A stretch of 64,000 nt of DNA from Burkholderiales bacterium (GCA_050741015.1 JBOIFE010000116.1:108-64107); one strand, 5' to 3'; positions 29,190 to 40,681 are shown, numbered from the stretch's first letter. Notes: generated from the letters alone by a model not told the origin. Numbers and translations: made by a program.

Positions 29190-30568
29190 TACCGGCCTTT
29201 CCCCAGCAGCACCACCCGCAGCGTCTTGAACACGATCCCGATATCGAGCAGCACCGAGTAGTTCTTGATGTAGTAGAGGTCGTATTGCAGCTTCTCGCGC
29301 GCGTCCTCGACCGAGGCGCCGTAGGGGTACATGACCTGCGCCCACCCCGTGATGCCGGGCCGCACCAGGTGGCGCAGGTTGTAGAGCGGGATCTCTTTCT
29401 CGAGCGTGGCGTTGAAGACCGGGCGCTCGGGGCGGGGGCCGATGAAGCTCATCTCGCCCTTCAGCACGTTGACGAGCTGCGGCAGCTCGTCAATGCGGAG
29501 CTGCCGCAGGATCCGTCCCAGGCGCGTCACGCGCGGGTCGGCGCTCTTCGCCCACTGCGGCCCGTCGCGCTCGGCGTCGTGCGCCATCGAGCGGAACTTG
29601 AGGACCTCGAATTCCCGGCCGCCGAGGCCCGTGCGCGCCTGCCGGAAGATGGCCGGGCCGCGGCTCTCCAGCCGGACCAGCACCGCCACGACCGCCATGA
29701 CCGGCAGCGCCGGCACGAGCAGCGCAAACGCGAGCGCGATGTCCGTCAGGCGCTTGATGCGCAGGCCGAGCGGGTTGTGCAGCAGGTCGAAGCCGTGGGC
29801 GAAGACGAGCCAGCCCTGCCGGGTGTGCAGCACCGGCACCTTGAACCACATCTGCTCGTAGAAATCGGTCACGCCGTAGACGCGAACGCCCGAGAAACGC
29901 AGCTGCATGAGCTGCTGCACGAGCGGCTCGGGCGCGGAGTCGGTGAGCGCGACGACGACGCCCGACCAGGGGCCGGCCGCTGCGAGCTTCTCGACTTCGG
30001 CCTCGGCGGCGATGACGAGCTCGCCCTGCGTGTTGGAGCGCTCGAAGTCCTCGCGCAGGCCCAGCGCCTGCTCGCCGGTGCCGATCACGAGCCACCGAAT
30101 GCGCTCGCCCTGCTCGCGCACCCAGCCGCCCAAGTAGAGGCGCCAGCCGGCGCTCCAGAACGCCTGCGCGAGGAACGCGACCGGAAAGATCCCGCGGCCG
30201 AAGGTCGGGTCGACGCTCCAGAAGCCCCCCGCGTAGGCGGCGGCGCCCGTCAGCAGCCCCGCAATCGCCACGGCCAGGACCGCGCGGGCAGGCGGACGCA
30301 TGCCCGAAACCTGGCGGCCCGGCACGAACGTATCGAGCACGTAGAGGCTGAGCACGAGGAAGAAGAGCGGAATGAGCATGCCGGGCGTGAACCACGGGTG
30401 CTCGTCGAGGCGCAGCCAGAAGGCGAGGTCGAAGAACAGGACCAGGCCCATGATGTCCAGCAGCAGCAACGCGACCGCGACGCGCCGCGGCAAGTTGATC
30501 GCCGAAGCGCCCGGCGCCGCGGCGCCGCGGCTCGCGGAGGACTCTCGCTCTTGCCGCGTGGCTGCCAT
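29189..30568 (-). CDS. polyprenyl glycosylphosphotransferase (WbaP/bacterial sugar transferase family)
   Basis: N-terminal TM helices plus the C-terminal catalytic domain KRLTDIALA...FEVLKFRSM...LRIDELPQLVNVLKGEMSFIGPRPERP. Confidence 0.88.
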   Translation of the reverse strand: MAATRQERESSASRGAAAPGASAINLPRRVAVALLLLDIMGLVLFFDLAFWLRLDEHPWFTPGMLIPLFFLVLSLYVLDTFVPGRQVSGMRPPARAVLAVAIAGLLTGAAAYAGGFWSVDPTFGRGIFPVAFLAQAFWSAGWRLYLGGWVREQGERIRWLVIGTGEQALGLREDFERSNTQGELVIAAEAEVEKLAAAGPWSGVVVALTDSAPEPLVQQLMQLRFSGVRVYGVTDFYEQMWFKVPVLHTRQGWLVFAHGFDLLHNPLGLRIKRLTDIALAFALLVPALPVMAVVAVLVRLESRGPAIFRQARTGLGGREFEVLKFRSMAHDAERDGPQWAKSADPRVTRLGRILRQLRIDELPQLVNVLKGEMSFIGPRPERPVFNATLEKEIPLYNLRHLVRPGITGWAQVMYPYGASVEDAREKLQYDLYYIKNYSVLLDIGIVFKTLRVVLLGKGR

Positions 30569-30577
30569 CGCAAACGA

Positions 30578-31702
30578 TTATAGGCGCAGCGACAGATAGG
30601 CCGCGCGCACCTGCTCAGCCATGCGCTGCGCGGTGAATGTTTCCTCGTATCGGCGGCGCGCCTGCGCGCCCATCTTGCGAGCGAGTTCGAGATCCTGCAG
30701 CAACCGGTTCAGCGCGCTTGAGAGCGCTTCCGGCTGCCGGGCCTCGACCGTGAAGCCGCTCACGCCGTCCTCGTTCACCCAGTCGATGCCGGAGCCGGCG
30801 ATGCGCGTCGATACCACCGGCCGGCCCGCGCGCATCGCCTCGATCTGCACGATGCCGAACGCTTCCGACTTCTGCACCGAAGGCAGGCAGAACACGTCGC
30901 AGGCGCGCATGTGGAGCTCGACCTCGCGGTCGGTCAGGCGGCCCAGCAATGAAACTCGGTCATTGACACCGCGATCGTGGATGAGGCGCTCGAGCTCGCC
31001 ACGCAGCGGGCCTTCTCCTCCGATCAGCACTCGCGCCTCCGGAGCGAGCGAGGCTGCGGCGCGCACCAGGTACTCGAACCCCTTGTACGGCACGAGCCGC
31101 CCGAGCGTGAACACGAGCGGGCGCGCGCCGTACTTCGCGCGCGCCGCGGCGATCTCGTCCACGCTGATGGCTTCCTTTGACTCGGCAATACCTATGGGCA
31201 CGGCGCGAGCCTTGCCGCGGAACCCTTCGAGCGCAGCCGATTCGTCGAGCAACTTGGGCGAGGTCGCGATGATCGCGTCCGCGCGCTCGAGCAGCCGGCG
31301 CTCGAGCCATTGGTACGCGCGATAGAGAAGCCGCTGGCGCACGATGTCGCTGTGCCAGTGCAAGACGACGGCACCGTCGAAACTCGAAAGCAACAGGTTC
31401 AGGCTGCTCTGGGGCCACGGGGCGTGCACGTGGATGACGTCGTAGCGCGAGGCAATCGCGCGCCAGGTACGGTAGTCGCCCCAGGACAGCGCGGCAGCAG
31501 ACACAGCGAGCGTGGGTCGCTCCTCGTACACGGTGCCACGCGAGGAAAGCGGATACTGCCGGCGTTCGGGTCCCTGGCACAGGACGTCGACTTCGAGGTC
31601 AGGGTAGCGGGCGAGCTCCGGCACGAGCTCCTCGACCACGCGCTCGATGCCGCCGAGGGTCGTGCGGTAACCCTTGACGTGCTGGAGGATCTTCATCGCC
31701 AT
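30578..31702 (-). CDS. glycosyltransferase family 4 (GT-B)
   Basis: Start at MAMKILQHV, adjacent to the upstream stop. Motifs WHSDIVRQR and PSVQKSEAFGIVQIEAMRAGRPVV. Confidence 0.8.
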   Translation of the reverse strand: MAMKILQHVKGYRTTLGGIERVVEELVPELARYPDLEVDVLCQGPERRQYPLSSRGTVYEERPTLAVSAAALSWGDYRTWRAIASRYDVIHVHAPWPQSSLNLLLSSFDGAVVLHWHSDIVRQRLLYRAYQWLERRLLERADAIIATSPKLLDESAALEGFRGKARAVPIGIAESKEAISVDEIAAARAKYGARPLVFTLGRLVPYKGFEYLVRAAASLAPEARVLIGGEGPLRGELERLIHDRGVNDRVSLLGRLTDREVELHMRACDVFCLPSVQKSEAFGIVQIEAMRAGRPVVSTRIAGSGIDWVNEDGVSGFTVEARQPEALSSALNRLLQDLELARKMGAQARRRYEETFTAQRMAEQVRAAYLSLRL

Positions 31703-31704
31703 CG

Positions 31705-32787
<1,083 letters not shown>

Positions 32788-32850
32788 TGAGGGGACTTCG
32801 CCCGCCGCTTAGAATCCATCGGTGCACGCGCCCAACGCCGACCTCCCCGC

Positions 32851-33798
32851 ATGAAGCTCGGCGTCGTCGTCCTGAATTGGAACGGGAAGGACGTCACGCC
32901 GCGATGTCTGGAGTCCCTCTACCGCGGCACGTGTCCGCCCGATCTTGTCGTCGTCGTCGACAACGCGTCCATCGACGGCTCTGCAGAACTCGTGCGCGAG
33001 CGGTTTCCCCAGGCCGAACTGATACGTAACGATTCTAACCTCGGCTTCGCCGAGGGCTGCAACGTGGGCATCCGCATCCTGCTCCAGCGCGGGTTCGAGC
33101 TCGTCCTGCTGCTCAACAACGACGCGGTCGTGGAATCCGGCTGCCTGGATGAATTGAAACGCGCCGCGCGGGACCAGCTCGCCGCCGCCTATGGCGCGAC
33201 CATCTACGAATTGGGCGAGCCCGCGCGGATCTGGTATGCGGGCGGCACGATAAGCCGACTTACATTGGATGCACGGCACGAGCTGACGCCTCCCGATGCC
33301 GGTGCATCTCCGCGGGCGACGGATTTCATCACTGGCTGCTGCCTCATGATTCGGGCCGAGGCGCTGCGGCGTATCGGGCTGCTCGAGGCGAGCTTCTTCG
33401 CGTACTACGAGGACGTGGACTGGTGTCTTCGCGCCGCGACTGCCGGAGAGCAGCTTCTCTACGTTCCCGGAGCAAAAGTGCAACACGAGGTGTCCTATTC
33501 TTTCCGCAGAAACGAATCTGGCGATGCAAGCGGGTCGCGCTTGCCGTGGGCGCAGAGCCCGCCGCTCGTCCTCTACCTCGGGTACCGCAACCGTCTTCTA
33601 CTGGCCAGACGGCATGCCGGCGGTGCGCTACTGACTTGCTTTGTGATCTGCCGCCGCCTCGCGCGCGCAGCGATCCATTCGTCAGGGCTGCTCCTCGCCG
33701 GTCGGGGAGCGCAGGCGCGAGCCGTGCTCTGCGGCTCCTACGACGGAATCATTCGGCCGGAGTGGCCTGCCGACGTAGAACGCTACATGCGCACGTAG
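32851..33798 (+). CDS. glycosyltransferase family 2 (WbbL/rhamnosyltransferase-like)
   Basis: VVVLNWNGKDVT, VVVDNASIDGS, NLGFAEGCN and LLLNNDAVV. Confidence 0.8.
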   Translation: MKLGVVVLNWNGKDVTPRCLESLYRGTCPPDLVVVVDNASIDGSAELVRERFPQAELIRNDSNLGFAEGCNVGIRILLQRGFELVLLLNNDAVVESGCLDELKRAARDQLAAAYGATIYELGEPARIWYAGGTISRLTLDARHELTPPDAGASPRATDFITGCCLMIRAEALRRIGLLEASFFAYYEDVDWCLRAATAGEQLLYVPGAKVQHEVSYSFRRNESGDASGSRLPWAQSPPLVLYLGYRNRLLLARRHAGGALLTCFVICRRLARAAIHSSGLLLAGRGAQARAVLCGSYDGIIRPEWPADVERYMRT

Positions 33799-33812
33799 GC
33801 AATCGCTACGTC

Positions 33813-34799
33813 CTAGCCGGACATGCGCGTCGCCGCGCACCTTCGCATGCCCCACCAGGCGGCGAGCAGCCATCGGGGCGCGAGCTGCACCAGCAGGAGC
33901 TGAATCGCCCTTGCCTTGCGGCGGGCGCTGGCAAATGCGGTGGCATAGCGGCGCATACCGGTTCTCAAGCGACCCGCAGCGATTTCGGCGGCCCCCAGCT
34001 CGCACTGGTCGTAGCTTGCGCACTCTCGGTTCTTGGCGCGCAGGTCCTCCGTTTGGGCGAGACGCTCGATGCGTTTCCTGACCGCCAGGCGCGTTTCCGC
34101 CATGGTGATGGTACTTCGCGTAAGGCTTTGGCTGTGCTCGCGGATCAGGGTCCTCGTACCGGGCAAGTCCTCGCCGAAAAATCGCTTTCTGGAGAACGCC
34201 CAGCGTAGCCAGAATTCCCAATCCTCGTGTGACCGTAGCGCCTCGTCGAAGTACCCGGTTTCGACCAGCACGGCACGACGGAACAGCGCCGCAGAAACTG
34301 GAAACTGATTCCCCTCGACCATGGCTGCGAGCATGGCTTCGTCGGATGCGCGCCACATTTTCATCCACTCGACGGCACTTGAGTTTCGACCAGGCGCGAG
34401 CACCCTGGCACCCGCATGCAATTGAAAGTAGCGCATGCCCCCGTAGACCAGCGCACAGTCCCGATGCCGGTCGAGAAGCGCCACCTGTTGCTCGAGCTTT
34501 CGTTCTTCTAGCAAATCATCGGCGTCCAACAGCTGGATATAGTCGCCCCGCGCACCGCGCATCCCGGCGTTCCTCGCGGCGCTGAGGCCCCGATTCTCCT
34601 GGCGCACGCAGGCGTATCTTTCGTCCTTGCCGGCGTAGGCGTGGGCGACCGCGCTCGTGTCATCCGTCGACCCGTCGTCAATCACGATACATTCCCAGTT
34701 CTGGAACGTTTGCGCGCGTACTGAATCCAGGCACTCGGCAAGAAAGTGGCCGTAGTTGAAGCACGGAACGACGACGCTGACCCTCGGGGCCGGAATCAT
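33813..34799 (-). CDS. glycosyltransferase family 2
   Basis: ATGA overlap start. Motifs VSVVVPCFNYGHFL, IVIDDGSTDDT and LLDADD. Confidence 0.8.
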   Translation of the reverse strand: MIPAPRVSVVVPCFNYGHFLAECLDSVRAQTFQNWECIVIDDGSTDDTSAVAHAYAGKDERYACVRQENRGLSAARNAGMRGARGDYIQLLDADDLLEERKLEQQVALLDRHRDCALVYGGMRYFQLHAGARVLAPGRNSSAVEWMKMWRASDEAMLAAMVEGNQFPVSAALFRRAVLVETGYFDEALRSHEDWEFWLRWAFSRKRFFGEDLPGTRTLIREHSQSLTRSTITMAETRLAVRKRIERLAQTEDLRAKNRECASYDQCELGAAEIAAGRLRTGMRRYATAFASARRKARAIQLLLVQLAPRWLLAAWWGMRRCAATRMSG

Positions 34800-35809
34800 C
34801 GGGTGCCCAAAGCCGCGCCCGCCCGGACGATCAGCATGCCGAGCCGGTTCTTGAGCGGCAACGAGCGCGTCAACGGAGATGTGTAGAACGCGCTCAGGAT
34901 TCCGCTCTGGGCCGATCGCGCTGAACAATAGCGCCACCACAGGATGGCGATCGCGCGCCGAAACGCCGACGGAGGAAAGCCCGCGGACGTCGCCTCGTTC
35001 CTGCGGATGAGGTTGCCCAGCCAGGCTTCGACGTAACCGACCTCCGGCGCCTCCGCCTTGCGATTGCGGACGATCGCCGCGTGGGCCTCGCACTCAGACT
35101 CCGTCGCGTCCGGATGGATTCTGCGCAGCTGACGCAGGACAATCTTCTTCACGCTCTCTGCCTGAACCCTCTCATGCCGGGCGCTAACTTGACCACCGTG
35201 CTGTCGATATAGCAGCAGGACTTCCGGCACGTTCGCAAGCTTCGTAACCTGGGCGACTCGCGTCCACAGCTCGAAATCCTCGGCATGCGGGAACTCGGCG
35301 TCGTAGCGTAGCCCGTGATTCGCGAAGAACGTCCGGCGGAACATCACCGAGGGATGCGCGAGCGGAGACTCGTAGAAGAGCTTTGCTGCGAGATCTTCCG
35401 GGCGGACCAGCGACCGCACCACCCCGGCTGCCGCGCCATCGAGCATTCGGAACCACGTGCCGCACAGTCCGATTCGCGGCGAGCCCACAAGTAGTTCTCG
35501 TTGCCTCTCCAGGCGCCTCGGCAACGCGGTGTCATCCGCGTCCATGCGCGCGACATACTCGCCCCTTGCCTCCTCCAGCCCCCTGTTGAGCGAGGCGATC
35601 AAGCCGAGATTTCGATCATTTCGCAGTACCCGCAATCGCGGATCCGGGCAGGCGCGAAGCATCTCGGGGCTCGCATCGGTCGACCCGTCATCGACAACGA
35701 GGAGCTCGAAGTCCTCGAAGCTCTGGGCGCGGATGCTCGCTATTGCCTCACCGAGATGTTCTGCGCCGTTGTAGACGGGCATCAGGACGCTAACCGCGGG
35801 AGCCTTCAT
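34796..35809 (-). CDS. glycosyltransferase family 2
   Basis: VSVLMPVYNGAEHL, LVVDDGSTDAS, ARMDADD and EDFELWTR. Paralogue of 38772..39782. Confidence 0.8.
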   Translation of the reverse strand: MKAPAVSVLMPVYNGAEHLGEAIASIRAQSFEDFELLVVDDGSTDASPEMLRACPDPRLRVLRNDRNLGLIASLNRGLEEARGEYVARMDADDTALPRRLERQRELLVGSPRIGLCGTWFRMLDGAAAGVVRSLVRPEDLAAKLFYESPLAHPSVMFRRTFFANHGLRYDAEFPHAEDFELWTRVAQVTKLANVPEVLLLYRQHGGQVSARHERVQAESVKKIVLRQLRRIHPDATESECEAHAAIVRNRKAEAPEVGYVEAWLGNLIRRNEATSAGFPPSAFRRAIAILWWRYCSARSAQSGILSAFYTSPLTRSLPLKNRLGMLIVRAGAALGTR

Positions 35810-35830
35810 GGCCTGATTGCCGCCGGTACG

Positions 35831-36547
35831 TCAGGACGCTCGAGGGTAGAGAAGCGTCATCCCCGGCAGCCCGAGGCCCGAGTCGATCCTCCTGTAGTGG
35901 CCGGGGTTCACCCGCAGGACTTCTTCGATCGCCCGATGCGGGCCCACGTTGTAGCCCGATTCCTTCGGCTGGAAGAACGTGTCGTGCAGCAGGACGCTTG
36001 CGCCCGGAATTTCGGCGGTGACGGCGGAGAGTTCCCTGTGGACCGAGTCGTAGGCGTGGTCGCCGTCGATGAAGAAGACCGGTGCCAGGGCCCGTCCGCT
36101 CGACCTCCAGACAGACAGTGAAACCTCAATGCCATCACCCTGGTGCAGGTGGATCCCAGCCAGCCCGCGCACCAGCCTCCCACGGATGTCCCCGGGATGC
36201 TCGACGTGCTGCGCCTCGTCGGGCAGATCCACGGAATGGATCTGCAGCGGAACGGCATAGTGCTTCGCGCACTCATAGAAAACGCGCGCCGACTTGCCGA
36301 CATGCGTCCCCCATTCGAATATCTGCGTTGGCTTGAGCCGGCATACTGTCGCGCACATGAGCATCAGCTCGTGCAGCGGAAACGGCTCCACGCCCACGAC
36401 TGGGATCAGCCTGGCGAGTACGAAGCGCGACAGCGACCAGTTGTCGACTTCGAACTCCGAGCATCCGGAGTTCTTCGCCGGATTGGTCGTGCTAAGCCGC
36501 GGCTTCCGGCCGGCGAGCCGCAACAGGGCGCTTATCTGCTCCCGCAT
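35831..36547 (-). CDS. class I SAM-dependent methyltransferase (CmcI/Methyltransf_24-like)
   Basis: IFEWGTHVGKSARVF and VFFIDGDHAYDSV. Starting at MREQIS would overlap the upstream GT by 56 nt, so the start is uncertain. Confidence 0.55.
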   Translation of the reverse strand: MREQISALLRLAGRKPRLSTTNPAKNSGCSEFEVDNWSLSRFVLARLIPVVGVEPFPLHELMLMCATVCRLKPTQIFEWGTHVGKSARVFYECAKHYAVPLQIHSVDLPDEAQHVEHPGDIRGRLVRGLAGIHLHQGDGIEVSLSVWRSSGRALAPVFFIDGDHAYDSVHRELSAVTAEIPGASVLLHDTFFQPKESGYNVGPHRAIEEVLRVNPGHYRRIDSGLGLPGMTLLYPRAS

Positions 36548-37814
36548 CCCGAGATTTCTCCGCAATGACGCGCTCGAAGAGCGCTTCGTAATGGTCAGCG
36601 ATTTTCGCCCAAGTGTACCGTTCGAGCCAGCTTGCACGTCCCGCTTTGCCCATGCAGTTCAACCTCTCGGGATCCGAGACAAGCGCCTCGATTTGCGCGG
36701 CAAGCTCGCGGGGCTCGACTCGCGTGTACCCGCGGGCGTCGCGCGGCGCAGGGCAGATCTCTCCTGCTCCCGTCCAGCGCGCGATTTCCTCTGAATTACC
36801 CACGGGCACAGACAGGAACGGCAGTCCTGCGGCCGCAGACTCAAAGAGCACGAGGGGTGAGTACTCGATGTTGGAAGCGAAGACGAAAAGGTCGCTGTTG
36901 AGGTAGGCCTGCACGAGCTCGGAGCGTGAGAGATCGACGAGCAGTGCGCACTTGGCCGATTCCGAGCGGTTGATGCGCGCGACGATGTCCTCCAAGCGCG
37001 GGGCGATCGAGGCGCCGAGGGCCTTGAGAAGGCCCCCAAGGCCGGCGCGTAGAAGGATGGGCTTTAGAAGCCCGACCAGCCTAGCGCGCATTCCGGCGCT
37101 GACCGTTGGATTGTTGCCATTGAGAATCAGCACCGCTTGCCGACCATTCCGCAAGCGCGCAACGTCAAAGGCCTCCGCGAGTTCGCGATGCCCCTTCAGT
37201 CCGGTCAGGCTGCCCACGGTCAGGACAACAAAGGCGTTCGCCGAAATCCCGTGCCTGCGCCTGAAGTCGGGATCACGCGCGATCATGAACTCGCGTTCGC
37301 TCGCACCGTTCGGGACAATGCTAAGGGCTGACAGCCCGTGCTCGCGCGCAAGGTTGATGTCGCGATAGGCAGACGCGTAGAAGATCAGGTGGTCGAACTT
37401 GCGCATCAGATCCGGCATGCGCCGGTAGTAGTCCGAGTATGCGGGCTCATAGAGTCCCGAAAATCCGCACGGGACAAAGATTTTCGGTTTCTTTATCTGA
37501 TCGAGGACGGGGATTAGCGCATCAAACGTCCATTGCTGGGCGGCCTTCACCATGAACACGTCATAGTCGCCCTGGAGCACGAGCCGGCGGTAAGCGTCCG
37601 TTTCGCCACTAATTCCGCGGGCGAGATTTCCCGAGACCGCAAATTCGATGATGTCTACGCCGTCAATTCTTTGGCTAGAACGCTCCGGGAGGCGGGAGGT
37701 CGCCACCGTGACCTGGTGGCTGCGCTCGGCCAACCGCCCCGCGACCTGTCGCACAACTTCCTGCACACCACCCACCGAAGGGGCGTAGAGCTCGCATGCG
37801 AAGAGAACACGCAT
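36492..37814 (-). CDS. glycosyltransferase family 4 (GT-B)
   Basis: MRVLFACELYAPSVGGVQEV and NIEYSPLVLFESAAAGLPFLS (EX7E-like). Confidence 0.75.
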   Translation of the reverse strand: MRVLFACELYAPSVGGVQEVVRQVAGRLAERSHQVTVATSRLPERSSQRIDGVDIIEFAVSGNLARGISGETDAYRRLVLQGDYDVFMVKAAQQWTFDALIPVLDQIKKPKIFVPCGFSGLYEPAYSDYYRRMPDLMRKFDHLIFYASAYRDINLAREHGLSALSIVPNGASEREFMIARDPDFRRRHGISANAFVVLTVGSLTGLKGHRELAEAFDVARLRNGRQAVLILNGNNPTVSAGMRARLVGLLKPILLRAGLGGLLKALGASIAPRLEDIVARINRSESAKCALLVDLSRSELVQAYLNSDLFVFASNIEYSPLVLFESAAAGLPFLSVPVGNSEEIARWTGAGEICPAPRDARGYTRVEPRELAAQIEALVSDPERLNCMGKAGRASWLERYTWAKIADHYEALFERVIAEKSRDAGADKRPVAARRPEAAA

Positions 37815-37817
37815 GGC

Positions 37818-38750
37818 CTATGTCTTGTAGCTCTCCAGCGCTGCTCGCCAGGCACGTTCCAGTCCCGCCTCAAATCCGATTTGCGGTCTCCACCCGGATA
37901 CGCCGCTCAATTTCCCGCTGTCCAGCACGTTTGCCGACACATCGAAGCGGCGCGCCTCCAACCGCTCGGAACGGACCTCGAGGCTGGCGCGCGAGGCGAG
38001 CGGCTCCAGACATCGCAGCACATCCATGTTGCTCCTGCCTACGCCGGTACCAATGTTGTACGCGCTTCCGGAATCGCCCTTCTCGAGCACGGCAATAATC
38101 CCCTTCGCGACATCGGACACGTGCACGTAGTCCCGGATAGTGCCCTCCGTGCCGAACACGCGAACCATCTCGCCGCGAATGATCGAATGCATGGCCGTCG
38201 CGATGAAGCCTTGGCCGGCGAACGGGCGCTGACCTTCTCCAAACGCGTTGCCCGGTCGCGCGATGGCCACGGGCAGGTCGGCGACGTGATGGAACATTCC
38301 TGCGTACTTTTCGATGGTGAGCTTCGTGATGCCGTAGGGCGAGACTGGCATCGTCGGATGGTCCTCGCCAATCGGTAGCGAATGTGCATTGCCGTAAACG
38401 GCTCCGCCTGTGGAGACAAGCACCACTTTGTGCGCCCCCGCCGCCACTGCTTCCTGAAGTAACTGGACGCTCGGCGGGAGGTTCGCAAGGATGTCGTAGA
38501 TCGGATCCGCGAAGCTGGTCTGCGGAACCGTCGCATAGGCAAGATCGACAATCTCATCGACCCCTCGCAGCAGGGTCTTCAGGACGGCCCGATCGCCATA
38601 ATCGCCGCAGACGTAGGTGACCTCTCTGGGCAACGCTACGTCCGGCCGGACCCGGCGACCCAGGATAACGACATCACGCCCCGAATCAGTCAAGTACTGG
38701 GCCAAGCGCGTACCGATGAATCCAGCTCCTCCGATTAAGCAAGTCCGCAT
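37818..38750 (-). CDS. NAD-dependent sugar epimerase/dehydratase (GalE-like SDR)
   Basis: CLIGGAGFIGTRL and the catalytic YGITKLTIE. Confidence 0.75.
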   Translation of the reverse strand: MRTCLIGGAGFIGTRLAQYLTDSGRDVVILGRRVRPDVALPREVTYVCGDYGDRAVLKTLLRGVDEIVDLAYATVPQTSFADPIYDILANLPPSVQLLQEAVAAGAHKVVLVSTGGAVYGNAHSLPIGEDHPTMPVSPYGITKLTIEKYAGMFHHVADLPVAIARPGNAFGEGQRPFAGQGFIATAMHSIIRGEMVRVFGTEGTIRDYVHVSDVAKGIIAVLEKGDSGSAYNIGTGVGRSNMDVLRCLEPLASRASLEVRSERLEARRFDVSANVLDSGKLSGVSGWRPQIGFEAGLERAWRAALESYKT

Positions 38751-38771
38751 GCGATTAGGTTCTTCCCGGAT

Positions 38772-39782
38772 CTAGGACCCTAGCATGAGCCGTCGCGCGC
38801 GCCGGACAATCCTGAAGAGATTGCGGCGCCAACCGTGCCCGTAGATCAACTCCCAATAGCGCGTCCTGAGTCCGGCGACATGCTTTGCAGCTTCCTTTGC
38901 AAAGAACTCGCCGCGGTCACCGGTGACACGCTCAGCGGCGCGCGCGAAAATCGCGCTCATTTCTCCGAAATCCGGCTTGCCGCCAATGCGCTCCGCGGCT
39001 GAATGCTCTAGCGCTGCGATGTTGATGATCTGCGGATTGGACGAGTCGGTGCCTGAGGCCCAAGCGATGTTTTCCGCGCAGATTTTCACGAGGCGACTCA
39101 CGAAGGGCGCTTTCCCGACGCGCGACATGCTGCCCGGGACCTCCCTGTAGATATGCAGGATTTCCGGGATGTTGGCGAGCTGATATCTGCGCGCCACGCG
39201 CGACCACAGCTCGAAATCCTCCGGGGGCTGTCGCTCGACGTCTGTGCTGTAGCCGCCGACGACGCGAAGCGCATCCTTTCGCAGCATTACCGAGCTGTGA
39301 ACAAACGGGTTGTTGAGAAGCAGTCGATACTGCAGAGCTTCGTTGTCTGTAGGATGCCGATGTGACCGACCACTGGGCGTTCGATCGACCCACACATCTG
39401 CCCAGGTCCCCACAAGAGCGCACTGCGGGTTGGCATCGAGGAACGCTGCCTGCCGCCCGAGCCGCGCGGGCTTCGACACGTCATCTTGGTCCTGGCGCGC
39501 GATGTACTTCCCCTTGGCAAGCTCGATGCCGCGATTAAGCGTCGCCGATAAGCCGCGGTTTTCCTGGCTGTAGAACCGCATTCGTGGATCGCTGTATTGC
39601 TGCGCAATCTGCGGCGTACTGTCAGTTGAGCCGTCGTCGATAACGATCAGTTCGAAGTCGCGATAGCCCTGAGCAAGGATGCTGTCGATCGCCTCTCCGA
39701 CATACTCGACGCAATTGAATACCGGGAGAACGACGCTAATGGACGGTTGCACGATCGCATGAGCCCTTAGACTCTGACCCAT
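38772..39782 (-). CDS. glycosyltransferase family 2
   Basis: ISVVLPVFNCVEYV, IVIDDGSTDST, ARQDQDD and EDFELWSR. The start at MGQS overlaps the upstream stop by 16 nt. Confidence 0.8.
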   Translation of the reverse strand: MGQSLRAHAIVQPSISVVLPVFNCVEYVGEAIDSILAQGYRDFELIVIDDGSTDSTPQIAQQYSDPRMRFYSQENRGLSATLNRGIELAKGKYIARQDQDDVSKPARLGRQAAFLDANPQCALVGTWADVWVDRTPSGRSHRHPTDNEALQYRLLLNNPFVHSSVMLRKDALRVVGGYSTDVERQPPEDFELWSRVARRYQLANIPEILHIYREVPGSMSRVGKAPFVSRLVKICAENIAWASGTDSSNPQIINIAALEHSAAERIGGKPDFGEMSAIFARAAERVTGDRGEFFAKEAAKHVAGLRTRYWELIYGHGWRRNLFRIVRRARRLMLGS

Positions 39783-40648
39783 TCGTCCGGGATCAGATCG
39801 ATGGTGCTGTGCGACGCATCTTGAAACCATTTCTGCGGGGCAACTACGACCTTTGTCCGGTTGCTACATAGCCAGGCGCCCCACCAGCTAAACGTGCTAT
39901 TTGCGATGATGTGATGCCGGCATAATGATAGGAGCCGCAAGTCTTCCTCGCCTCTCGTCACGGCATTGTGACGAAGAACGGTAGTCGGAAAGGGAAAACG
40001 CAAATTGGTCTCCGCCCATTCCGGGTCATCGGAGAAGATAAAGATGTGGGGATTCCCAACCCGTTGCCGAACCACGGCTATTGCTCGTTCGTAATACTCC
40101 GGTCCGCACGTGCCATGGTAGCGGCTCGTATGTGCATCGGCGACGTAGTCCCCTCGTCGGACATGCAATGAAACCGAAGTGCAATCCTCTATCATCTCGG
40201 CGAGCTCCAGATTCTTGCCGGCCAAGGGACAGCGGACCTTGAACTCCCCTCGCACTACCTCTTCGATTTCGTTGAAGTATTTTGGACTCTGCCAGTATCC
40301 ATCAAGGTAGATGCCGTCGCCCAATAAGAGAATCTGTGGGTCAAAGTGAAAATGCCTCTCCCGCACGAGCTTCGGCCCGGTCCAGCCAATAGCAGATGCA
40401 CCCTTGCGCAATAGCGTAGCCGTACTGCCCTGACCCAGCAGAAGACTCGCCAAACTGGAATGCCGCCGAAAGCTGACCTCCTTTGGCAGGCGGAAGCGGT
40501 CTAGCCGGAAGCCACCATGTAGTCGATAAGTGCGGAATCCACTGAGATCCAGCTGTAGTGGAACACGAAGTATCGCCGATAGGCGCCTTCCCGCGGCGTA
40601 CTGGAACATCTGATTTCCAAGGCCGCCAAGTACCCGAACAGTAATCAC
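39767..40648 (-). CDS. alpha-1,2-fucosyltransferase (GT11 family)
   Basis: The three GT11 hallmarks are all present: LGGLGNQMFQYAAG, SLHVRRGDY and NSTFSWWGAWL. Confidence 0.85.
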   Translation of the reverse strand: MITVRVLGGLGNQMFQYAAGRRLSAILRVPLQLDLSGFRTYRLHGGFRLDRFRLPKEVSFRRHSSLASLLLGQGSTATLLRKGASAIGWTGPKLVRERHFHFDPQILLLGDGIYLDGYWQSPKYFNEIEEVVRGEFKVRCPLAGKNLELAEMIEDCTSVSLHVRRGDYVADAHTSRYHGTCGPEYYERAIAVVRQRVGNPHIFIFSDDPEWAETNLRFPFPTTVLRHNAVTRGEEDLRLLSLCRHHIIANSTFSWWGAWLCSNRTKVVVAPQKWFQDASHSTIDLIPDEWVRV

Positions 40649-40681
40649 CCGGCGTCTGCTTCGGCAATCCAGCGCATCACG

